A DNA stretch of 64,000 bases from Guillardia theta CCMP2712 (GCF_000315625.1 NW_005434629.1:483230-547229); one strand, 5' to 3'; counted from the first letter of the stretch, positions 35,001 to 50,060 are shown. Translations and numbers: made by a program. The notes: generated by a model not told the origin, from the letters alone.

Positions 35001-37523
35001 GCCCAAGGCTTCTGACTCATTAAATCTTCATGTGAGTCAACGCAAAACTAGGAGGAAAGAAAGAGAGGGAGAGGGAGAGGGAGAGGGAGAAGGAGGGAGA
35101 GAGAGGAGGGAGGGGAGAGGGAGGGGAGAGGAGGGGGAGATGAACTCGGGGGGAGGAGGAAGTGAGGACGGGTAGAGAAAGATGAAGAAGGAGCGCAGGG
35201 GCAGGGGCAGGGGAAACTGGATAATCTCTTATGCAGGACTCCATCATTGATCAACGTGATGAAGTCGGAGAAGGAGAGGTGCCCCTGAACCTCTTCCTCC
35301 TTTCCCCTGTCCTCGTCCTCCTCCTTTCTACTGTCCTCCACCTTCCTCTCACCTTCTCAGTTCCTACTTCTTCTCCTCCCCTCTCCTCCTCCCCTCACCT
35401 CTTCTTCGCTTCCACCTCCTTACCATCTCCTTTCTTCCCTTTTCCTTTCATCATCTTTTGTGTTCTCCCGTCCTCCCTGTCTCTCCGTCCTTCCTCACCT
35501 TCTCTCTTTCATCCTCGCGCTCAATCTTATCCTCCTTCTCCTCAGCTTGACTTCGGCCCTCTCATCGGCAGCGGAGCGTTCGCCCAGGTCTGTTGAAGTT
35601 GCGCATCTTTATTCATCTCGGCAATATGTTGAGCCCTTGTTGCATCCGTTGAGCCCTTGTTGCATCCGTTGAGCCCTTATTGCATCCGTTGAGCCCTTAT
35701 TGCATCCGTTGAGCCCTTGTTGCATCCATTCATATCTTGTTGCATCAGTTGTTGACTTGTTGCATCGTTTGGCCGCCTGTCAAGCCGTGTCAAGTCTCGT
35801 TCTCTTGTTCGAGATGTGATGGAGTTTGTTGCTGATCGCAAGGAGCTGCGATGAATGCATTCTCTCCTCAACGTCCGCAACGCAAGATGATCGGAAGAAC
35901 AAACATCTCTTACATCCCTTTCATGCCTAACACATCTTACATCCCTTACATGTCTTTGATCGCTTTCCCTTGACAAAATGGAACGAGCAAAACAAAACTG
36001 ACACTACCCAACTGCAATCTTCATCATCGCTTCAGTCATGATTTCAAACATCTCCATCATGATTTCAATCATCTCAGAAATATTTTAAATCATATCCATC
36101 ATTTCTAAACTTCATTTTCCAGGTTCACAGAGGCTGGTGGAAAAAGGAAGTCGCCATCAAGAAGTTTCCTGGAATCATCAAACAAGTTGAAACCTCCTCC
36201 TGACACTCCTCTACTCTCACTCTTATCGTCTCTTCTTCCTCTTCCTCTTCCTCCTCTTCCTCTTCTTCCATTCCTCTTCCTCCTCTTCTTCTTCCTCTTC
36301 CTCTTCCTCTTCCTCTTCCTCTTCCTCTTCCTCTTCCTCTTCCTCTCCTTCCTTCCCTCTCCATCCTCCTTTCTCCTTCCTCACATCTCCTGCAGGAACA
36401 GATTGACGCCTTTTCTCGCGAGTCGACCATCCTCCGCCAGCTCAACCATCCCTGCATCGCNNNNNNNNNNNNNNNNNNNNNNNNNNNNNNNNNNNNNNNN
36501 NNNNNNNNNNNNNNNNNNNNNNNNNNNNNNNNNNNNNNNNNNNNNNNNNNNNNNNNNNNNNNNNNNNNNNNNNNNNNNNNNNNNNNNNNNNNNNNNNNNN
36601 NNNNNNNNNNNNNNNNNNNNNNNNNNNNNNNNNNNNNNNNNNNNCCCCCCCCCCCACCATTCTCCTCCTCCTCCCCCTCATTCTCCTCCTACTACTACTC
36701 CTACTACTACTAGGGTTACTGCTCTTCTTCCTCCTTCTGCCTTCTTCCTCCTCCTCTTGCTTGTCTTCGCCATCATCCTTACAACCTGACAGGAATCAGC
36801 GGCCTGTAATCCCACCGCACTGTCCCTTCCTTGTCTCAAAGCTTATCGAGGTCCTCAAACTCCACCTCTCTTCCTCCTCCCCCCTGTCCTTCTTGCCCTG
36901 CTCTCTCCTCTCCCTTGAATCGCGTTCTCGTCTCTGCTCCTTCCCTCCCTCCCTCTTGCTCCCTCCTTCTTCCTCCCCGCTTCTTTTTCCCTCCCTCTTC
37001 CTCCTTCTCCGTCCTCTACCTCGTCCTTTCCGTCACCCCCACTTGCTATCAGGACATGTGGGCGCCTCTTCCAGATGCGAGACCAGATTTTTACGCGATC
37101 AGCCATGTGAGCAATGGGAGACTGGCGAGGAGGAGGAGACTAACGGGGAGAAAGAAGAGACCAACGGGGTGGAAGGGGGGAGAAGGGGGAGGAGGGAGGG
37201 GTTTAGGGGAGAGGAAGGGAGAGAGAAGGAGGGTTGTAACGGGGACATCAGGTGCTGATGGAGCAAGGAGCAATCCGACCCCCGAGGATGCGAGCGACCT
37301 TTCAGAGCATCCTCGCTATGTAAATTCTAACAAGCTTGCCTTGATCCCCCATTCCCTTCCTTCGCCTTCTCCTTGACATCCCGGGCCTCACTCCTCCACT
37401 TTTCTACCCTCACTCCTCCCTCCAAGGCTCCTCCTCGTCCCTTCCCCCACTTTCTTCTACCTCTTCCCTTCACTCCTCCATACCCAGCTGCTTCCCAGCA
37501 GAGCTTCCGAAGTTCCTAGGTAG
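32073..37523 (+). CDS. TKL-type protein kinase with coiled-coil N-terminal region, many exons (start uncertain)
   Basis: FGPLIGSGAFAQ|VHRGWWKKEVAIKKF; FSRESTILRQLNHPCI; RPVIPPHCPFLVSKLIE|DMWAPLPDARPDF. The catalytic core falls in the N-gap 36461-36644. Confidence 0.75.
35628..35765. repeat. 20-bp minisatellite (GTTGAGCCCTTRTTGCATCC)n in a kinase intron
   Basis: About five direct copies plus degenerate tail. Confidence 0.9.
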
Positions 37524-38127
37524 ACCTGCTTGCTAGCTAGCAAGGCAAAACAGACTGAGAGGCAATACGATTCCGCCACAGAGAAATGAATAGACAACTT
37601 AGAGAAAAGGCAGCTCGAACTCTTGCACTGTCTTCTACCCCAGCTAAGTTTAGAGCTGAGGCAGGCACGGAACAAAGGGGGAATAAGCCGCTGAGTGATT
37701 CCTGCTCTTGACAGTGATGACTTGCCCTTGAAGGCTTACCCGGTAACGGTGTAGGCTTTCCTTTACTTTTCCGTTAATTTCAAGTTCGACACGACGGGCC
37801 CGGCGGCTTACGAACTGAGTGACGGGACTCGGCCCGGCCAGCAGCCCGGCCGCTCAGCGGCTACCATCCTCAGACGGTCTCTAAGTCTACTAGTACGCTC
37901 CTCCAGTCCTCATGCTGGCAGGCAGCTCAGACGCTCCGAGCGGCCCAGCACTGCGGCAGAGGCGGGCCCGAGTCCTTTCAAACGTCACTGAGTCAGTACT
38001 GATTTTTAACTTAACCTCATTGAGTAAAGATTCCTCAAGGGGTCCTGATGCGGGCCCTACTGATGGGATGCTACCGTCGCGTTTACATGTATTTTATAGC
38101 TGTACCATTCAGTTTCAGTCAACTGTA

Positions 38128-39505
38128 TTAATCGCCACCACCTCCGTCCCCTCCTCCGTCCCCTCCTCCGTCTCCGTCTCCCCCCCCGACTCCTCCGTCT
38201 CCTCCTTGCGCGCTCCGCTCTGCCACAAACGCTCAGCGGCTCTCAGCGACGCAGTGACTTCCGAAACAAGCAGCTAGCACATCGAGAGCTCAGGAGCGAG
38301 CATCGTACCTTGAGCCAGGCGAGCGGCGATCTGTGGGGCAACTTGAGTGGGCAAGAGAGGCTAAGGAGGAGCTCTTACCTTGGCTGCCGGGAGAGTTTGA
38401 AAGATGATCAGTCCTGGTCCAGTGTATTCCGTGTTGAAGAGGCCCTGCAGCAGCCCCGTCAGCTCCTGCCTCCCTCTCCCTCTCCCTCCTCTCATCCTCA
38501 CCTTGCCCCCGAAACACATCATCGCGCAACCCCCAGCTCTTCGGATGCTCACATCAACCGTGGAGGACACAGCAAGCATGCAGTCCTGCCCACCTCCGCG
38601 TCACTCCCACCATTCTGATCGCAGGTAGCGTCAACCGTATCAAAGATGTACTTCTCCCCTGGAGCAAGGTTCTTGGTCATGATCTGCCATCTTCATCTCA
38701 AACTCCATCGCTCGGTCCTCTGTGCTCGTCACAAGGCTCCTGCCGCTCCTCCATCAGGCTCCATACCTGCCCAACGTGGCCAGGAAGGATCCTTTCTGAA
38801 TGGTGATGCCGCTGCGAGTTTATCATCCTCCTCTCCTCCCCCCCTCCTCTCCTCTCCTCTCGTTTCTCCTCCTCTCCTCCGCTCCTCCGCTCCTCCGCTC
38901 CTCCGCTCCTCCTCTCTCTTCAACTGCATCCTCCACCTCTATCGCTCATCTTACCTATCAAGCTCCACCACTCTCGATCACGCTCTCGCTGCACCTGTAC
39001 ACTGAGAGGTCGAGGGGAATGATCTTGGACGGCACCATGGCGGCGGCTGACAGGGTCTTGTCGGTCGACGACTCATTCTTCCATTTCAGTCGGAAGATGT
39101 CTTCATCGGCAAGAAACGCTCCCAGAGGGTTTTGCAGGGAGGTCACTGGCTTCACTCCATCATCCGCATGCACCATGCACCCGGGCTCCATCATCACCTC
39201 CTGCCGCTCCTCTCAGAGCTGCAAGCGACATCTCAAGGCTGCTGCATACCTGCCCCGGTGCAAGCCTGAAGACTATCAACTGCGAGTCGGTTCCGATGAT
39301 TTGCCATGGAGCTGAGATGCGAGGAAAGGGAGGAGGAGGAGGGCGACATGGGCGATGGGAAAGAGGAGGAACAGGAGGAGAGGAGGAGAGGAGTGGTAGG
39401 AGTAGGATGAGGATAAGTCAGCGAAGCAGGACCGGAAGCCTTTCAAGCACCTCCCCTCACCGGAGGATATGCGGATTGTTCGATGCCTAAGGGAGCTACG
39501 CTCAT
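38128..39505 (-). pseudogene. AIM24: AIM24 copy lacking exon 2
   Basis: Inverted copy in which ~128 bp (equivalent to 44101-44228) is deleted at ~39455. Joining exon 1 to exon 3 shifts frame; also V>I and L>F changes. Confidence 0.7.
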
Positions 39506-40020
39506 CCTGACCGCTCCTACGTTTACCTGCGATCAACGCAGGCTGAGGAGACAGTGAGTACGAGCATTCGGAGGAAGCAACATAGCGGAAGGAAGAAATG
39601 AATACAACTGTTGCTCTCATGATCGTTTCACCATCTTCAGGCTCCATTGCGCATCACTGAGTTGTCTGCCCTCCATTCCTCCACTTTCAACAAACGTTCT
39701 GGAATGTCGTGTAATGTCTTGTACCATCTAGCAATGTTACATGTATAGTGATGTTATGTGTTGTCATGCAATGAGATGCAATGATGGGTGATGCAATGGG
39801 ATCTCAATGAAGAGAAGTGAAGTGAAGTGAAGTGAAGAGAAGTGAAGTGAAGTGATCTCCTTCAATGTATCTTTTCTTTCCCTTTTATTTTCATTTCTCC
39901 CCCTCCGTCAGTAAAAAAAAACTTTGGCTATCTTTATTCGGAGCCCGGGAAAAAGAAAAAAAATTAGCATTTCAAATTTTCGAAGATGAAAAGGTTACCC
40001 GCGTACCAGGGGAGACGCTC

Positions 40021-41766
40021 ATGCAGGCACCAGCGGGACCAGGCAGCATGAAGCCCTCACAAGCCGAGCCTTACGTGAGGCTTGTTGCATGTCTTGCGTT
40101 CCTTGATGTGTCAGAACTAGGACTACGAAAGATTGCAGGGATGCATGCCTTACTTGAAGAAGCGTATCCGAAGCATGTTCGTTATTTCCTCCAGAAGCAT
40201 GCTAGTGAAATACCGGGTTTGACAGAGGACTTGTTGTTGTACAAATCAAGGAATCAGCCATGGCCAGGATCCAGCATCATGGAGTTTTACCATGATACTA
40301 AAGATTTGATAGACAACCATTACAATCCCGAGTTCCTTGCTCTTTGCAATGCAGACGGCTCTTTGCCGCCCGGACGAAGTCTGGAAGAACTTCGCATGGC
40401 AACAAAGGAGCAGTTGTGGAATAAGCACCAACTCGAACTTGTCGCCAAGAATATGCAGGCAGCGCCTTCCGAACCTCTGCCGCAGACTCCCGATCCCCTA
40501 GAAGCGCAGGAGAGTCTCGAATCACCGGAATTGTTGGCAGAACAGAAAAAGAACGGAAGTGGGCGTAGCAAGCAGACATCAGTCATACCTTTCGATGTCA
40601 CCAACCCTGTTCACAGAGATTGGACCCCCTTAGGTTGGATCGCATGGCTGCACCTTGGTTTAGGTTCTCCAGAACCTCATGATAACTTTTCACTGAAACC
40701 CAGCGGAGGCGATGTACCTCCGGTACAGAATCAGATGAAACCCGACTTCCATCAGCGTATGTCGAGAAGCAGATCTGAACAACGTCGGAGACTGCGAGAG
40801 AAAAATCGTCGAACACAAGAGGAATTGGGACGTAGAGCCACAGACCTACCGGCCCCGGATAGTCTTTCCAATGTTGTCATGGCTGCAGGGGATAGACTCA
40901 TGTGTCAATATCGACAAAGTCAAGAACGTACACAGAGGATCAACAATCTGCAGTTGCTCATGCAACTCACAGATCCAGGTAGTTCCGAACACGCACAGGC
41001 TAAGGCAGAACTCTTGCAGCTTTTGAAGAGTACAGCTGAACATGACAACCTCCCAAGTGTGGCACCCGACTTCCATCAGCGTATGTCGAGAAGCAGATCT
41101 GAACAACGTCAGGGATTGCGAGAGAAATATCGTCGAACACAAGAGGAATTGGGACGTAGAGCCACAGACCTACCGGCCCCGGATAGTCTTTCCAATGTTG
41201 TCACGGCTGCAGTGGATAGACTCATGTGTCAATATCGACAAAGTCAAGAACGTACACAGAGGATCCGCGAACGCAACCAGATGATCCGCGAACGTACACA
41301 GAGGATCAACAATCTGCAGTTGCTCATGCAACTCACAGATTCAGGTAGTTCCGAACACGCACAGGCTAAGGCAGAACTCGTGCAGCAACACGCACAGGCT
41401 AAGGCAGAACTCGTGCAGCTTTTGAAGAGTACAGCTGAACATGACAACCTCCCAAGTGTGGCTCAATGGGAATGTGCGTCTGGTACACCTGGCCCGTCAT
41501 CCATGCTTCCAGGGTCTGTAACGAATTCCAGGAACATGGGCATTGCATCTCCTGCCTCATCTGTGGTTGCCACCCCTGTATCTCTGTCGGACCAACGTAT
41601 CTTCACCAATGATGCGCTTGGAACGACAGAAAATTGTTCTCCTCAATCACGTGTTCGTGCAAGGCCAATGGATTTGGACAGATTGTTCAAAAAAACCAGA
41701 ACGAACAACGTGGAGAAGGTCACAACAGCGATTTCTCACATAGATGGGCACAACTGTCCAGTGTGA
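40021..41766 (+). CDS. Harbinger partner ORF with internal 108-aa tandem duplication
   Basis: Intronless ~580-codon ORF convergent with the transposase; 324-bp unit starts at 40741 and 41065. A Myb/SANT domain is not clearly recognisable. Confidence 0.65.
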   Translation: MQAPAGPGSMKPSQAEPYVRLVACLAFLDVSELGLRKIAGMHALLEEAYPKHVRYFLQKHASEIPGLTEDLLLYKSRNQPWPGSSIMEFYHDTKDLIDNHYNPEFLALCNADGSLPPGRSLEELRMATKEQLWNKHQLELVAKNMQAAPSEPLPQTPDPLEAQESLESPELLAEQKKNGSGRSKQTSVIPFDVTNPVHRDWTPLGWIAWLHLGLGSPEPHDNFSLKPSGGDVPPVQNQMKPDFHQRMSRSRSEQRRRLREKNRRTQEELGRRATDLPAPDSLSNVVMAAGDRLMCQYRQSQERTQRINNLQLLMQLTDPGSSEHAQAKAELLQLLKSTAEHDNLPSVAPDFHQRMSRSRSEQRQGLREKYRRTQEELGRRATDLPAPDSLSNVVTAAVDRLMCQYRQSQERTQRIRERNQMIRERTQRINNLQLLMQLTDSGSSEHAQAKAELVQQHAQAKAELVQLLKSTAEHDNLPSVAQWECASGTPGPSSMLPGSVTNSRNMGIASPASSVVATPVSLSDQRIFTNDALGTTENCSPQSRVRARPMDLDRLFKKTRTNNVEKVTTAISHIDGHNCPV

Positions 41767-41987
41767 ATGGTATGATGCTGAGCTATGCTAGTGCAGAATG
41801 TTCTTAAATTCCTGACTCGATTTTATTATAGCATCACACCCGAAACTCTCGAGCCGTTATTTCACTGTCAGTATCCCACTGCGCCGATAGCGAGGGCTTC
41901 TTTACAGTGAAGAATCAGTGTGCTTCCCAATTCAATCCAGCCACTTAGTATACTCGTAGTCAAATCTTGGTCATTCTCAAGAGGAAG

Positions 41988-43100
41988 TCAATGATGTGAG
42001 GACGATGATACAAGAGGTTGTCGAGGGAACGACTCACGGTTGTCCATACCCTCATATTCCTCATCCTCCCTGTTTTCATCATCAACCTGAACGTCGGCGG
42101 CGTCTGCACCATCCGACGTCTGTGCATCATGCGCAAGTATGATGTTCCGAAGAATACAACATGTTACGAACATGTTGTCCACTTCATCCTTGTACCAAGA
42201 GTTGCACTGTATCTTCACACACCTGAAACGCGCCTTCAATCTTCCAAAGAAGCATTCCACATCCTTCCGACATGATTCCAATACTCGAGACCATTTTCGT
42301 CTATCAATATCCACTGTGTAAGGTAAAGGACATTGTAACACCCTCCAACGGTGATAACCTTGATCGACCATGATCCACAATCCTTTGTTTGTACACAACC
42401 TCCACCAACATACAAGTCAAACTCTTCTTGCACATAACGAGTCCCCTGATGCACGGATTGCAAGAATGAATCGTAGCGTGCGATTGTCTTGTCATTGTAC
42501 GTTCCGGGAAATCCACTGGTGATGGACTGTGCTTTTCCACTATGGTCCACACACTTGATATGCAGTTGTTGGATATTTCTCTTTTCCTTTGTACGACGGA
42601 AGATCTTGGGCTGGACACTTGTCCCAGGGAATATGTACACAGTCACATGACGCGATACATCTAGGAAAGCCTTTCTTGCGGTACATCTCTGTGGTTTTGA
42701 AGATTTCATCCGGCGAGGTCGGGGGGTACACATACTTGGGATACTGCTATGCCATGTTTCAACAGAACTTGTGGAAAAAGTTACGATTGGATGCCTAACA
42801 TGCCCGATTCCCTTCACGGATATTGTTGAAACTGTACCCTCCTCCTAACACACGCAGAACACCAAAATCATGAGTTCAAGGGGCGGCATGGACTGCCCAC
42901 ACACGTTGGTGATCTGATCATGATACCGTTTCTCTTCGCGAGCCAGTTTGACAGTGTCAAGAAAAACAGGACATGGCAAACGAAAGCTACGCCTGAATTC
43001 TTTGGGAGCACGTGAGGATGGTCAGCAAGTGAAGGAGATTGAAGTCTCATCAATTCAACAAGACAAGTAATAACCAGAAACAAGAACAGCGGGTCATCAA
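41988..43100 (-). pseudogene. Harbinger (Plant_tran/DDE_Tnp_4-like) transposase, frameshifted
   Basis: Across frames: KEFRRSFRLP..PLELMIL; KGFPRCIASCDCVHIPWDKCP..YKGKEKYPT; GFPGTYNDKTIARYD; VDQGYHRW; ESCRKDVECFFGRLKARF; CCILRN. Several stops and frameshifts. Confidence 0.9.
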
Positions 43101-43117
43101 CATAATGCGAGAAATTT

Positions 43118-43214
43118 TAGGGGAAAGTTTCATATTTTTCGTACTGAAACTTTCATATTTTTCGTACTGAAACTTTCATATTTTTCCTAGGGGAAAGTTT
43201 CATATTTTTCCTAG
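43118..43214. repeat. Four 23-24 bp direct repeats (core TTTCATATTTTTC) upstream of the transposase
   Basis: Directly visible; position fits subterminal or promoter repeats. Confidence 0.8.
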
Positions 43215-43481
43215 AAACACGTCCGAATATAAAAAGATGCCAAGACCGGTTACAACGTTTTAGAATAACCCCTACCCACCCAGAATCACAACCACCCCAC
43301 ATAAATGCTACTGAAGACAATTTAGCCCCTGTTCTGAACGTGAACATTACCCCTCCATGACGAGAGTATCACCCGTACAGGACTACCCCCACCTATATCG
43401 AAAGTTGATCTTATGTGAAAAGTGGTTTTTAAAAAAGAATTGACCTGACGGAGGAGAGATGAAAAGATATATTGAAGGAGA

Positions 43482-43743
43482 TCACTTCACTTCACTTCAC
43501 TCTTCACTCCACTCCACTTCACTTCACTTCACATCACATCACATCACATCACATCACATCACATCACATCACATCACATCACATCACATCACATCACATC
43601 ACATCACATCACATCACATCACATCACTGCACTTCACTTCACTTCACATCACATCACTTCACTTCACTTCACTTCACTTCACTTCACTTCACATCACTTC
43701 ACATCACTTCTCTTCACTTCACTTCACTTCACTTCACTTCACT
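43482..43743. repeat. (CATCA/CTTCA)n microsatellite
   Basis: Tandem pentamers; only ~45 bp long in the mirrored arm (39812-39855). Confidence 0.95.
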
Positions 43744-44051
43744 GCCCTTCACTGAGATCCCACTGCTTCCAATCATTGCATCTCATTGCATGACAACACA
43801 TAACATCACTATACATGTAACATTGCTAGATGGTATAAGACATTACACGACATTCCAGAACGTTTGTTGAAAGTGGAGGAATGGAGGGCAGACAACTCAG
43901 TGATGGGCAATGGAGCCTGAAGATGGTGAAACGATCATGAGAGCAACAGCTGTATTCATCTCTTCCTTCCGCTATGTTGCTTCCTCCGAATGCTCGTACT
44001 CACTGTCTCCTCAGCCTGTGTTGATCGCAGGTAAACGTAGGAGCGGTCAGG

Positions 44052-45610
44052 ATGAGCGTAGCTCCCTTAGGCGTCGAACAATCCGCATATCCTCCGGTGA
44101 GTGAGACAATCTTGATCGGTCGGAGTCGCTGATCCAGCATGGCGGTCCTTCAGATGGCGCAGGCACTCTCTCCTCTCGACATGAGCGGACTCAACACGCT
44201 TCCTGATTGCTCCAAGTTGAACTTTTCTGGAGGTGCTTGAAAGGCCTCCGGTCCTGCTTCGCTGACTTATCCTCATCCTACTCCTACCACTCCTCTCCTC
44301 CTCTCCTCCTGTTCCTCCTCTTTCCCATCGCCCATGTCGCCCTCCTCCTCCTCCTCCCTTCCTCGCTTCTCAGCTCCATGGCAAATCATCGGAACCGACT
44401 CGCAGTTGATAGTCTTCAGGCTTGCACCGGGGCAGGTACGCAGCAGCCTTGAGATGTCGCTTGCAGCTCTGAGAGGAGCGGCAGGAGGTGATGATGGAGC
44501 CCGGGTGCATGGTGCATGCGGATGATGGAGTGAAGCCAGTGACCTCCCTGCAAAACCCTCTGGGAGCGTTTCTTGCCGATGAAGACATCTTCCGACTGAA
44601 ATGGAAGAATGAGTCGTCGACCGACAAGACCCTGTCAGCCGCCGCCATGGTGCCGTCCAAGATCATTCCCCTCGACCTCTCAGTGTACAGGTGCAGCGAG
44701 AGCTTGATCGAGAGTGGTGGAGCGTGATAGATGGAGATGAGCGATAGAGGTGGAGGATGCAGTCGAAGAGAGAGGACGAGACGGAGAAAGAGGAAAGAGA
44801 AGAAAAGGGGGGGAGGAGCGGAGNNNNNNNNNNNNNNNNNNNNNNNNNNNNNNNNNNNNNNNNNNNNNNNNNNNNNNNNNNNNNNNNNNNNNNNNNNNNN
44901 NNNNNNNNNNNNNNNNNNNNNNNCAGCGGCATCACCATTCAGAAAGGATCCTTCCTGGCCACGTTGGGCAGGTATGGAGCTTGATGGAGGAGCGGCAGGA
45001 GCCTTGTGACGAGCACAGAGGACCGAGCGATGGAGTTTGAGATGAAGATGGCAGATCATGACCAAGAACCTTGCTCCAGGGGAGAAGTACATCCTTGATA
45101 CGGTTGACGCTACCTGCGATCAGAATGGTGGGAGTGACGCGAAGGTGGGCAGGACTGCATGCTTGCTGTGTCCTCCACGGTTGATGTGAGCATCCGAAGA
45201 GCTGGGGGTTGCGCGATGATGTGTTTCGGGGGCAAGGTGAGGATGAGAGGAGGGAGAGGGAGAGGGAGGCAGGAGCTGACGGGGCTGCTGCAGGGCCTCT
45301 TCAACACGGAATACACTGGACCAGGACTGATCATCTTTCAAACTCTCCCGGCAGCCAAGGTAAGAGCTCCTCCTTAGCCTCTCTTGCCCACTCAAGTTGC
45401 CCCACAGATCGCCGCTCGCCTGGCTCAAGGTACGATGCTCGCTCCTGAGCTCTCGATGTGCTAGCTGCTTGTTTCGGAAGTCACTGCGTCGCTGAGAGCC
45501 GCTGAGCGTTTGTGGCAGAGCGGAGCGCGCAAGGAGGAGACGGAGGAGTCGGGGGGGGAGACGGAGACGGAGGAGGGGACGGAGGAGGGGACGGAGGTGG
45601 TGGCGATTAA
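44052..45610 (+). CDS. AIM24: AIM24/DUF124-family protein, apparently intact copy
   Basis: Spliced: MSVAPLG..YPP|MAQ..FSG A|PWQIIGTDSQLIVFRLAPGQ|EVMMEPGCMVHADDGV..MVPSKIIPLDL..IQKGSFLA..LAPGEKYILDT|DCMLAV..CFGGK|GLFNTEYTGPGLIIFQTLP, then a Gly/Asp tail to TAA 45608-45610. Confidence 0.8.
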
Positions 45611-46354
45611 TACAGTTGACTGAAACTGAATGGTACAGCTATAAAATACATGTAAACGCGACGGTAGCATCCCATCAGTAGGGCCCGCATCAGGACCCGC
45701 TAAGGAGTGCCTTTAACGGGAGCGTCTGAGCCGCTGCCTGCCAGCACCGTCAAGGACTGATGAGGAGCGCACTCGGACTCGGAGGCCGCTCAGAGCCGGA
45801 GCCCGCCGTCTGAGGCTGACTCTACTAGCCCTGAGCCGCTGAGCCGCTCATGAGCAGCCCGGGACCCGGCGGCCTCCGTCCCGACTCGGTCCGTAACTTC
45901 CGAGTCGGCCGAAGTCGCCGGGTTCCGTTGTGTCCAAGGTGCCGCGCTGAGTGCTGGCCCGGGTCGGAGGTTGGAGCGACTGACAGTCAGAGGCCGAACT
46001 TCCGAAGTTCAATCACCGGCGATTCGGATCTCCCGGCGGCCAGCCCGGCCCCCAGTGACCCTCAACACTGCACTTAACTTTGAGTGAAATCAACGGCGAT
46101 GCTGTGGTACCGGGTACTAACTAGCAGTAGCAGTTCCAATCAACTTGCCAATGAAACTGTCAAAGAACTAACACTATAAACTTGCTTGGGTTGGGCTCGG
46201 AAGGCCTCTATTACTATGATGACTTTACTCAACTTTCAGTGATGACTAGTACCGTAGTACTGAGGAGTATATTGAAGTTCATTCCTACTAAAATCTCATA
46301 CAGAGCTCTATAGGGAACGCAGGACTAGCATGGTTGAGGGGGAGGCTAGGGGAG

Positions 46355-46633
46355 TAGGAGAGGAGTGGAGAGGAGAGGAGAGGGGAGGAGATGAGATGAG
46401 ATGAGATGAGATGAGATGAGATGAGATGAGATGAGATGAGATGAGATGAGATGAGATGAGATGAGATGAGATGAGATGAGATGAGATGAGAGGAGAGGAG
46501 AGGAGAGGAGAGGAGAGGAGAGGATAGGATAGGACAGGACAGGATAGGATAGGAGAGGAGAGGAGAGGATAGGATAGGATAGGATAGGATAGGATAGGAT
46601 AGGATAGGAGAGGAGAGGAGAGGAGAGGAGAGG
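46355..46633. repeat. (GAGAT/GAGAG/GATAG)n microsatellite
   Basis: Tandem pentamers. Confidence 0.95.
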
Positions 46634-46780
46634 AAAAGGAGCGACGAGGCTGCTGAGGGTTGTTAGCATGAATGGCAAGTTTGAAGTTGGAAGTAGAGAG
46701 GCTTGTGCTGGCTACAAGATAAAGGGGAAGTCAACTCCCGCTGACTCCATCTCAGATATCAACTTCCCTGCTTCGTCGAC

Positions 46781-49879
<3,099 letters not shown>

Positions 49880-50060
49880 GATCTAAATTCTCATCTTGCT
49901 TCTCCTCTCCCTCCTCCCCTCTTCACTTTGTTGTCACCTCCTACTTCCTTTCCTGCTGCTTCTCCTTCAGTCAGCTCCTTCCCCCTCCCTTCAGTGTTCC
50001 TCACACCAGCCTTCTCTTCTGCTTTAAGCTCTCTTGCTTTATTCTTGCGCAAGTAAATCT

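Larger units (their letters stand above)
39912..43444. mobile_element. PIF/Harbinger-like two-gene DNA transposon (decayed)
   Basis: Convergent transposase pseudogene and intronless partner ORF, the usual Harbinger layout; 23-bp repeats upstream of the transposase. Short TIRs and TSD not identified. Confidence 0.8.
38040..45698. repeat. Inverted duplication 2: arms ~38040-39911 and ~43445-45698 (degenerate extension to ~37785 and ~45936)
   Basis: Mirrored ORFs (e.g. 38958..39197- ~ 44488..44727+). Inner homology ends at CTCCGTCAG (39903-39911) / CTGACGGAG (43445-43453). Confidence 0.95.

Noticed and set aside
35628-35765. Possible CRISPR array (also 43118-43214)
   Set aside because: Tandem units with no unique spacers, no cas genes, eukaryotic context.
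39865-40020. N-terminus of the 633-aa ORF
   Set aside because: Begins inside the repeat arm in AT-rich sequence, and the mirrored arm has ATA instead of ATG; a start at 40021 or 40048 is more plausible.
41988-43100. Programmed frameshifting or introns rescuing the transposase
   Set aside because: Several in-frame stops and shifts fall inside conserved blocks with no room for introns; ordinary decay is simpler.
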